Shown here: positions 56,881 to 64,000 of the stretch, piece after piece
How positions within the stretch are numbered: the first letter of the stretch is position 1
Layout: each line of letters opens with the position of its first letter
IMG/VR virus record: IMGVR_UViG_3300050821_003047
Coordinates: 1,500 to 65,499 of that record
Direction: 5' to 3' (one strand)
Length of the DNA stretch: 64,000 bases
From: a virus
Taxonomy: Duplodnaviria; Caudoviricetes
Translations under genes and position numbers: made by a program
Notes under the pieces: generated by a model
The model's input: the letters and a program-made list of their open reading frames with translations, nothing else
Database searches by the model: none
What the model was told of the DNA's origin: nothing

Positions 56881-57482
56881 GCCGCCCTCCACTCCTGTTT
56901 ACTCATCCCCAACCACGCCGCCTCAAAAGCCCGTTCCCATTCCCGGCTTTCTTCCCACTCACGCCGGTCTCTGACGGTCGCATTGGCTTGAAAAAACCTG
57001 TATCTGTCTGTCAGCTTCATGCTTCGGAAGTGGGCCAATATTCGGCTTACCGTGCCAGCGAATCCATAACCCTCCTGATCAATAGCGCCGTCCATCGAGG
57101 CGTGCATCTGCGCCAACATGTCGGACTCAAATCGCTCCCACCAAAACTTACAAAAATCGGCCTCATGCGCAGCATACAGAGCCTGTGGGCGCGTTAGGTT
57201 GCCCAGATCTAAGTTGACGCCGAAGCGGGCGGCTACGGCCTCTGCCGCGCGGGGAAACGGCAAATGCTCTACGCGCATAATAAAGTCGATCGCGGAGCCA
57301 CGCGCGCTGCACCCGAAACAGTAGAAGTGGTCGGAGTAAACCGTAAAGGATGCCGTCCGCTCTTGGTGAAAAGGACATGATCCCGTGTAGCGATGGCCGG
57401 ATTTTTTGAGCGGTACGTAGTCGGCTACCAGCGTTGGTAGCGGCACGTTGCGCAACTGGGCGATGGAGTGGGGGGAGATCAT
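56877..57482 (-). CDS. stand-alone CHC2 (primase-type) zinc-finger protein
   Basis: CPFHQERTASF...FYCFGC..GSAIDF. No TOPRIM domain follows. Confidence 0.85.
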   Translation of the reverse strand: MISPHSIAQLRNVPLPTLVADYVPLKKSGHRYTGSCPFHQERTASFTVYSDHFYCFGCSARGSAIDFIMRVEHLPFPRAAEAVAARFGVNLDLGNLTRPQALYAAHEADFCKFWWERFESDMLAQMHASMDGAIDQEGYGFAGTVSRILAHFRSMKLTDRYRFFQANATVRDRREWEESREWERAFEAAWLGMSKQEWRAA

Positions 57483-57860
57483 GGCCTGATGAGGACCTCG
57501 CCCAGCGCTAGGAGCTTCTGTTCGGCGGAAGCGTGGACTGATCGCCACGCCAATCCTGGGGTCGGCTCGCCACGCAGTATTAGTAAGTATGGATAACGCT
57601 GTTCCTCCGAGAGCCGCGCTTCGACTTCGCGGAGGGAGTCGAGAGATGGAACGATAGCAACCGCGCGCAGTTCTTGGCTCAATGCATCGACTGGAACCCA
57701 TACCCTCCACTTGCCCATCGGGGCTGACATATCTGGGTCCATCCACCCGGCTACGATTTCAGCGGCTTCGGGGAGTGTCATAACATCCTCAGCAATGGCC
57801 ACACGAAAACTGCGCACAGCATCAGCACCAGAACGGCGTAAGTTACGCCTAACAGCGTTT

Positions 57861-58133
57861 TCATTCCGTCTCCTCCAGGGCTTCGCGCTCCCTTCGCTCA
57901 ATCTCTTCTTGCATATTAAACACCGAATCACCCAACTGGTGGGGATCGCACTTACAGTCGGCTATTGAATGATCTCCTCCGAATTGACATCTAATCCGCC
58001 TCGCTCGCTCCACCATCGTGGATGCGATACCTTTCCATAAAGGAACCTGCACACGAGCGCGGCGGTTCTCTTTAATTAATTGATCTCGCTCGGCCTCCAG
58101 TTCAGCGATGCGGTGTTTTAAGCGTTCAATCAT
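57861..58133 (-). CDS. hypothetical coiled-coil protein
   Basis: Tiled ORF with RBS. Confidence 0.5.
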   Translation of the reverse strand: MIERLKHRIAELEAERDQLIKENRRARVQVPLWKGIASTMVERARRIRCQFGGDHSIADCKCDPHQLGDSVFNMQEEIERREREALEETE

Positions 58134-58188
58134 TTTGTCTCCTTCAGGGCTTCACGCATGGCATCGATGCCGCAATTGCACAGCCGTT

Positions 58189-58551
58189 TTATGGGATCTT
58201 TGTCATCCCAACTAATAACCCATATCCCAATCTAGCCTTGACGCAAGCCAGGCACTCTTCCAGATCCCGCGCGACGATATAAACCCCGTTATTTTTCTCG
58301 ATCATGCGCTGGAAACTGATCTGCTCGGGTGACTGTTTATCGCGGCCAATTTTCACCTCGATCTCGATGCGTCGGCCATCTGGCAGTATCCCCGTGATAT
58401 CGGCCTGCCCGTTGATCCCCGCCGATACCCGACGCATGTTTCCGCCTCGGCCTGCGGCCATTGCGTCGATACGGTTGTTGCGCCAGCAGACGCCTAGACC
58501 GCGCTCTGTGATGCCGGCTAGGATGGCGGTGGTTAGGGCGTTGGCGGTCAT
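58189..58551 (-). CDS. VRR-NUC nuclease / Holliday junction resolvase
   Basis: GQADITG...IEIEVK...QSPEQ..F...GVYIVAR. Confidence 0.88.
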   Translation of the reverse strand: MTANALTTAILAGITERGLGVCWRNNRIDAMAAGRGGNMRRVSAGINGQADITGILPDGRRIEIEVKIGRDKQSPEQISFQRMIEKNNGVYIVARDLEECLACVKARLGYGLLVGMTKIP

Positions 58552-58732
58552 GACTTATCCGTGTCCCGTTCTTCTCGGATCTCGCTCGTAGACCATTGGG
58601 TAATTGTCTGCGAAAGGATGTGCATCAACTCCGCGTATGTCAATTGCTCCCGCTCAACAGCCCGCGTAACGTGTTCGCGGATGTAGATCCCGGCACGCGT
58701 GACTTGATCGTGTCGCGGCCCCATGCTGATGC

Positions 58733-60271
58733 TCATAACTCCAACCCATCCCCCGTTATCGGCTCGACCGTCACGGGCGCTACAAACCCCGGTACCCACT
58801 CTCTGGGCGGCGCAACCCCGAACCGTTCCTTGAATATTTGTACCGCCCATGCGGTCTTATCATGGACGCGCGGCCGTTGTCGGGCATCATCGATCAAACT
58901 CTGGAAAACGCGCATACGGTGCATCGACGCAGATGTGCCAGTGCTGCCAGCATAAGTCACGTTCTCCAGCCGCTTGTATTCCTGGAGTTCGCCTTCCTCG
59001 ACCTCGACCTTGGCGACCTGCTTCACGAGTGGGATACCGCAATATGGACACATCGGAGGTCCAGCCTTGAACACGGCATAGCAGGGGTAACGTAGCGCTC
59101 CGTCCACCATCGCCGGAACCTTACAGGTAACGTAACGCTCCTGCTTTTCGGAAGGCCCACTGGCCACGGCCTCGCCGTCGAGAGACCACGGTATCGCGTC
59201 TTCGAAGCAGCCGTATGGTTCGTGGAATGCCGTGTTACCGCAGTGGTCAATGACGGTAAAGAACTTTTTCCCAGGATGGATTCTACTGCCACGACCCAGT
59301 TGTTGTTTCCACAACCTGAGGCTAGCGGTCTTGCGTAGTGCCACCACGCAACTAACGATGCTATGGTCCCATCCTACGCTCGTGCAGCCCACTGACACTA
59401 CGCCGCGGAGATCGCCGTAATCTAAATCTCTCCAAATGGCCGCGCGGGTACCTGGCTCTGGAGCCTTTGGATCTCCCAATGGAGTATCTGCATCAACATA
59501 GGCCCACGAAAAACCCGCCAAACGAAACTGCTCTCCAACGTGCTGGGCGTGGGCCTGATCGATAGCAAAAGTTACCGTTTTCCCTCCGCCGGAGTGCTTT
59601 TTCCAGTGCTCAACCACATCTCCGATAATTTTTGATTTGTCGCATACCTGTGCCATCTGTCGTATATCGAACTCACTAGCAGTTTTCTTGACTCGACCCA
59701 GATCAGGCGGGGGAGGAGGGGCCAATACGTGAGAACCAACCAAATATCCGTCCTTTATGAGTTCCGCTTCGGTTGGTCCTAAAATCATCGCGTCGAATAG
59801 GCCGCCTGACTTCTTCCCCAGTCCCTTCCCGTCGAGACGGACCGGAGTAGCTGTCATTCCCACAATACGACCAGAATGCCTGGATAATGCTTTTTTCCAT
59901 GTCGGAGAAACGGCCAAGTCGGCCTCGTCGATAATTGCCAAGTCAACCTGCGGAGGATCTTCCATTCGATGCAGCGTGTCGATGCTCGCCACCTGCACGG
60001 AATGCCACCTCTCGCGCTTTTTACCGCCCAGGAGAACTCCGTGTTTTATGCCCAGCCTATCCACGCGCTGCGACATATCAACTACCAAGGATTTACCATA
60101 AACCGCAAATAAAACACGCTTGCCGCGTTCCACAGCGCGATGAACCATGTAGGCTATGAGGCTTCCCTTTCCACTTCCACATGGAGCTACCAAAAGGGGA
60201 TCTAATCCACGACGAAGGCACTCACGTAGTTCGTGAATTTCTTTTTCTTGGTAGGGGCGCAAGGAGATCAT
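58733..60271 (-). CDS. superfamily 2 (DEAD/RadD-like) helicase
   Basis: LRPYQ, GSGKG, IIDEAD, TATP, QQLGRGSR and a C-terminal Cys cluster. Confidence 0.9.
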   Translation of the reverse strand: MISLRPYQEKEIHELRECLRRGLDPLLVAPCGSGKGSLIAYMVHRAVERGKRVLFAVYGKSLVVDMSQRVDRLGIKHGVLLGGKKRERWHSVQVASIDTLHRMEDPPQVDLAIIDEADLAVSPTWKKALSRHSGRIVGMTATPVRLDGKGLGKKSGGLFDAMILGPTEAELIKDGYLVGSHVLAPPPPPDLGRVKKTASEFDIRQMAQVCDKSKIIGDVVEHWKKHSGGGKTVTFAIDQAHAQHVGEQFRLAGFSWAYVDADTPLGDPKAPEPGTRAAIWRDLDYGDLRGVVSVGCTSVGWDHSIVSCVVALRKTASLRLWKQQLGRGSRIHPGKKFFTVIDHCGNTAFHEPYGCFEDAIPWSLDGEAVASGPSEKQERYVTCKVPAMVDGALRYPCYAVFKAGPPMCPYCGIPLVKQVAKVEVEEGELQEYKRLENVTYAGSTGTSASMHRMRVFQSLIDDARQRPRVHDKTAWAVQIFKERFGVAPPREWVPGFVAPVTVEPITGDGLEL

Positions 60272-60912
60272 TGGGCCGATTTCCTCCTGCGCGATCCTTC
60301 CCTAATCGCCGCCGCGATTCTTTCCACTACGTCCGGCGGCCGTTTCCTGCCTAAAAGAGCGGCGCTTCGTTTGGCGTTTGATTCCTCAGACCTGCCAACT
60401 ATTGCAAGTTGCTTGCGAGCGTTAGCGGCCGCCGCGATTATTGCCGGCGAAGTGCGCCCTTTCTTGGCGGCTGATATTTTGGCTTTCCATTCTGGAGTGA
60501 ATACTCGGCCCTTCATCTGCTGACGACGAAGCTGCTTAAGTTCATCGGACTGGACGAAACCGGGAGATCCCGATCCTCCATCGGCTACGTTAAAAGCCTC
60601 TTCCCGGTAATATTCGATCCACTTGCGCTCTGCCGACTCCCAGTCTGCGGAAGTAGATTCCAAAATCCTCAAAGACGGAACTATGGATGCATCCAGTAGA
60701 GATTTTATCCACGCTCCTTTGAGAGTGTGAATATCTCTTCCTTTTCGAGCATAGCTAAGATGGCCATGCATTCTGCGAGCGGGATTGGCCGAGCACCCAA
60801 CATAACGAACCAATCCATCCCGCGGATCGATGAGTGCGTAGACGTGGCGGATATGCTCACGCAGGGCGTTTAGGTCTTGGTCTTGATGCGGGCGCAGCGT
60901 GGGGAGGGTCAT
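60268..60912 (-). CDS. GIY-YIG homing endonuclease with NUMOD3-like repeats
   Basis: VYALIDPR..VRYVG...RR, ERKWI, FNVADGG and EWKAKISAAKKG repeats. Confidence 0.85.
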   Translation of the reverse strand: MTLPTLRPHQDQDLNALREHIRHVYALIDPRDGLVRYVGCSANPARRMHGHLSYARKGRDIHTLKGAWIKSLLDASIVPSLRILESTSADWESAERKWIEYYREEAFNVADGGSGSPGFVQSDELKQLRRQQMKGRVFTPEWKAKISAAKKGRTSPAIIAAAANARKQLAIVGRSEESNAKRSAALLGRKRPPDVVERIAAAIREGSRRRKSAQ

Positions 60913-61706
60913 TTGTGATCGCCGTTGAGCAAGTACTGGGCGAACTTAATAACCGCCATCCCGCGATCAAAGTTGGAAATGTCCAGTGGAATATTGCCCT
61001 CTGCCGTGCTCCTAATAATGGCCCGCAACGCCTCGTTTTTATTCACTCGCGCATGTCCGTTTACCGCGCCGCTGACCACGGCCTTAACTGTGGCGGGCGT
61101 CACGCTCTCAGACCTGCATGCCTCGGCTTGTTGCTCTCGCGACAACTTCGCGAGCATCTGCACCGCTGACGGCTTGACGCGCTTGTTCTTGACCGCTTCC
61201 TGAGATTCTGGTGTGAGGGATATTAAAGCCAGACGCTTCTTTACCCAACCAACATCGGGCGATCCATCGACGTGCCGCTGGCTATAAAACGCGGCGATCT
61301 CCTCATGCGTCATATTGTAGCGCTCAAGCTTGGCGATATTCTGAGCTTCACACATCGCCGTCGTGGATTTCCGTTCGATATTTTCCGCGATGACGGCCTT
61401 CAATTCATCGAGCGGGGTGCCTTTGAAGTATACGCACCGAAGTTTGAAATCCTTGGGCAACTTGCCGGATTTTATACCTTCGACCGCCGCCCGCCAACGG
61501 CGATGGCCGAATACTAAGTAAGGCTTGCCTCCATCGCTTCCAATATCCACCGGGGTAAGTTGACCCACAGCGACGAAGGAATCGATGAGATCCGCGACGT
61601 CGGTATGCTCATGCCGGCCGTTAAGTTCTGGCCGGATGGTGATGTCGCGCGGGCGCATGAGATACTCGCTTGTGCGCGAGTGTTCGACTTTGAAATCTAC
61701 GGCCAT
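60909..61706 (-). CDS. ParB/Srx-domain protein
   Basis: GQLTPV...LVFGHRRWRA...AENIERK, then HTH. Confidence 0.85.
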   Translation of the reverse strand: MAVDFKVEHSRTSEYLMRPRDITIRPELNGRHEHTDVADLIDSFVAVGQLTPVDIGSDGGKPYLVFGHRRWRAAVEGIKSGKLPKDFKLRCVYFKGTPLDELKAVIAENIERKSTTAMCEAQNIAKLERYNMTHEEIAAFYSQRHVDGSPDVGWVKKRLALISLTPESQEAVKNKRVKPSAVQMLAKLSREQQAEACRSESVTPATVKAVVSGAVNGHARVNKNEALRAIIRSTAEGNIPLDISNFDRGMAVIKFAQYLLNGDHK

Positions 61707-62227
61707 TACCTTACCCCTAACTGATCAATCTGCTCGTACACGCTGTAGCACTTGCTCCAATCAAAAGGTCCATATGCGTCTTTTTCTTCGTCAAACGTAC
61801 CCTCGTAGGGATCTGAGGTAACCGAAGTACACCACAACGCTACTGCTGGATACTGCGGCTCCATTTCGAAGAACTGGGCAATCAAGGGCCAATGGTTAGC
61901 GTGATTAGCCGATATTTTTGTCGAGTCAAGAAAGCTCCGGAGGTCAGCGGCAAATCGATGGTAGTCCTTTTTCTCGACGTAGAAATGGTCAAACGTAAAC
62001 ATAAGAACTGCGCGATGGCCTTCTGGGATCGATGTATCTTTCCAGCATTTCCAAAGTTTGCAATCCGGCTTGCTGGCGTTGAATAGCCACCAATAAGGAT
62101 CTTCGTGAAGATATCGGACGCAAAACTCTGTCCAGACTATCGGTGCCGTGCCATGCGAATTGGCAAACTCGCGCACGTTCTCATACTTTTCACCGGGCCA
62201 AATTGCCTGTAGGGTTGAGTAGCTCAC
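61706..62227 (-). CDS. hypothetical protein
   Basis: Lower-GC tiled ORF, likely GTG start at 62227. Confidence 0.6.
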   Translation of the reverse strand: MSYSTLQAIWPGEKYENVREFANSHGTAPIVWTEFCVRYLHEDPYWWLFNASKPDCKLWKCWKDTSIPEGHRAVLMFTFDHFYVEKKDYHRFAADLRSFLDSTKISANHANHWPLIAQFFEMEPQYPAVALWCTSVTSDPYEGTFDEEKDAYGPFDWSKCYSVYEQIDQLGVR

Positions 62228-62405
62228 GGCTTTCCTCCCGCCGTTCCATCCACCACCCACATCGGACCCGGCTTCTCGGTGCCCTCATCCGAATCCGGCC
62301 ACGGTTCATGCGAGGCAATAGCTATGCTCACCACGCTCAACAGCTTACGAAGATCATCGATAGACAAATCGCAACACTCGCAAGAGTCGATTTGATACCG
62401 CCAAC

Positions 62406-63821
62406 TCACAATTTACCCCTTTTGACGCTTCCATCAATCACAGTCAGCGCCTCCGGCTCCTTGTCGTAAGGAGAAACGCTCGCAAGGATAAATTGAATCC
62501 CCTGCTCCTCTGCGTACTTATTACAGGTGGCGATTAACGCGGCGCGTTGCGCCCTATCGAACGACTCAACGTGATCGACCACGACAAAGCCGGCTTTCGC
62601 GCCCACAAGCATCCCGATGCGAAGGGCCAGTTTCCTCTGGTCCGCCGTGTTCCACTTTTTCAACGGCACCATGCCTCCGTATTGCTCGCGAACAATTCGA
62701 CCATCGCGGACGGTGACGCCTTTGATTGGCAACCGCTCGGCAAGGGAAGTTCGCAGTTTGCGGAGGTTTTCCACCGCAGTATTATGCTTCTCCCACGATG
62801 CGCGCTTATCTGCCGCCTCGGTTGCCGCCCGGTCGATAGCAGCGCGAGTGCCCTTGGCTTGTTCCTCCTGTTGGGCGAGGAGTTCAGCGTTGGCCAGTTC
62901 GGAAGTTAGGCGGTCAATCTCGGGAGTGCTCGATTCTCTGGACCTGTCCGCCGTCGCCTGAGCTTCCTGGCGCGCTTCCTCGATTGCGGAGGCGCACGCC
63001 GCGTCTGCCGCCTCCTTGGCTGCGGCGCGGGCGTCTTCTACTTCGCGCATAGCTTTGGCATAGGCTGCGTTGGCTACCTCATATGCTGCGGCGCGAGATT
63101 CTTCTGCGCACCGCTTGAAGCCCTGAAATCCTTCATTGATCGCGCCAATAGCCACCCTCTGCGCCATCTCTGCCGTTTGCTTTTGCATTCGCAGATCCGC
63201 CGCTTTAGCCGGCCATCCGCCTTCCGCCTCCGCCGGGAGCGCCCGACGCAGTTCCGCAACGTGTTTTTCAAGGCTATCGGCGGAGGTGTTTAGTCGCGTG
63301 CGCTCGGCATAGATCGTATCGTAAACGGCGTCGATGGCTTGGAGGGCCGGGAGATTAGCTATGTCCACCGGAGTCGTCATGCCGATGGCCTCCCCTATCT
63401 CCTCCGGACAGGGCGGCAAAGCCACCAGTTTCAAAAACTCAGCCAGTTGCTCGCCCGGCTCTTTCTCCAAAAACCGCAACGGATCAAACGCCAATGCATT
63501 GCAGACCTCATCGATATAAGCCCGATTGACGATCCACCGCTTGGCATCCTTCGGCTTCCACGCCCGCGCGGTCTCGCCGCGAGTGATGCGGGCCTTCATC
63601 TGGTGATCGTCGGCCATCGTAATGACAATCTCGCCAAATTCCGCATTGCCGTGGATCATATCGGGATCATGGCCTCTATCCCCAACGTATTTGATGCAAT
63701 CCTGGAGCCCGGTTTTGCCGACTCCGTTTCCGCCCTGGATCAGGCAGACGGCCGGCAGCGAGAACTCATGCTTGCCTGCGAATGGGCCGACGTCTTGGAG
63801 GGTGAGGGATTTTATGGGCAT
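62406..63821 (-). CDS. SMC/SbcC-like ATPase with coiled coil
   Basis: IKSLTLQDVGPF, GGNGVGKT, a long coiled coil, then VVVDHVESFD. Confidence 0.85.
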   Translation of the reverse strand: MPIKSLTLQDVGPFAGKHEFSLPAVCLIQGGNGVGKTGLQDCIKYVGDRGHDPDMIHGNAEFGEIVITMADDHQMKARITRGETARAWKPKDAKRWIVNRAYIDEVCNALAFDPLRFLEKEPGEQLAEFLKLVALPPCPEEIGEAIGMTTPVDIANLPALQAIDAVYDTIYAERTRLNTSADSLEKHVAELRRALPAEAEGGWPAKAADLRMQKQTAEMAQRVAIGAINEGFQGFKRCAEESRAAAYEVANAAYAKAMREVEDARAAAKEAADAACASAIEEARQEAQATADRSRESSTPEIDRLTSELANAELLAQQEEQAKGTRAAIDRAATEAADKRASWEKHNTAVENLRKLRTSLAERLPIKGVTVRDGRIVREQYGGMVPLKKWNTADQRKLALRIGMLVGAKAGFVVVDHVESFDRAQRAALIATCNKYAEEQGIQFILASVSPYDKEPEALTVIDGSVKRGKL

Positions 63822-64000
63822 GCGGTCACCTCCGCGATCGGAGCAGAACGGAGCAGTTCTATAAGCTTGGCGGCCTGCCGAGAACGGAATTTTGTTTTTG
63901 CGGCGGCGTAGGCGGCGGCGTAGGCGGCGGCGTCGGCGGCGTAGGCGGCGGCGTCGGCGGAGGCGGCGTAGGCGGCGGCGTCGGCGGCGTAGGCGGCGGC
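63812..64000 (-). CDS. 3' end of phage protein with AAAY/AAD repeats (partial)
   Basis: The GCGGCGGCGTAG/GCGGCGTCG repeats at 63900-64000 translate as YAAADAAAYAA..., followed by KTKFRSRQAAKLIELL. Confidence 0.7.
   Translation of the reverse strand, partial: AAAYAADAAAYAASADAAAYAADAAAYAAAYAAAKTKFRSRQAAKLIELLRSAPIAEVTACP

Noticed and set aside
60909-61706. Plasmid-prophage partition system
   Set aside because: ParB-like domain only. No ParA, parS array or Rep recognised, and lone ParB domains are common in phage early regions.
63900-64000. GCGGCGGCGTAG tandem repeats as a CRISPR array or VNTR
   Set aside because: No unique spacers. It is an in-frame Ala/Tyr/Asp coding repeat on the minus strand, common in phage proteins.
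1-64000. Stop-codon reassignment
   Set aside because: Core genes are intact in code 11 and end in TAA, TAG and TGA.

Overview
The window holds most of the genome of a tailed dsDNA phage, GC-rich with lower-GC blocks. It is probably podovirus-like: it has a portal, adaptor, nozzle and ejection-type proteins but no tail tube, sheath or tape measure. Minus-strand replication/recombination genes lie at both ends (1-6312 and 51646-64000): Sak4-like ATPase, RecE-like exonuclease, HNH and GIY-YIG endonucleases, SNF2-helicase/DNA-methyltransferase fusion, VapE-type helicase, CHC2 Zn finger, VRR-NUC, SF2 helicase, ParB-like protein and SMC-like ATPase. This layout fits a circularly permuted genome opened inside the early region. 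The plus-strand late region (6.5-51.6 kb) encodes TerS, small membrane proteins, a 2H phosphoesterase, TerL, portal, lysozyme, scaffold, capsid, tail and ejection proteins. No integrase, CRISPR array or rRNA was seen. The most unusual signals are: (1) five tail-module genes, including a collagen/beta-helix tailspike and a 1480-aa glycan-lyase-like protein, that all begin with Sec-type signal peptides cleaving before Gln, suggesting periplasmically matured virion appendages; (2) a shared RY[KR]S[FYS] C-terminal tag on unrelated proteins (ejection proteins and an Acb1-like 2H phosphoesterase), a candidate capsid-loading signal; (3) two small structured RNAs (one tRNA-like) next to an identical AGTATAATCCA element; (4) a circularly permuted histidine phosphatase, and a TerL with a second degenerate nuclease-like domain. 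All family assignments come from motif recognition by eye, not database searches.
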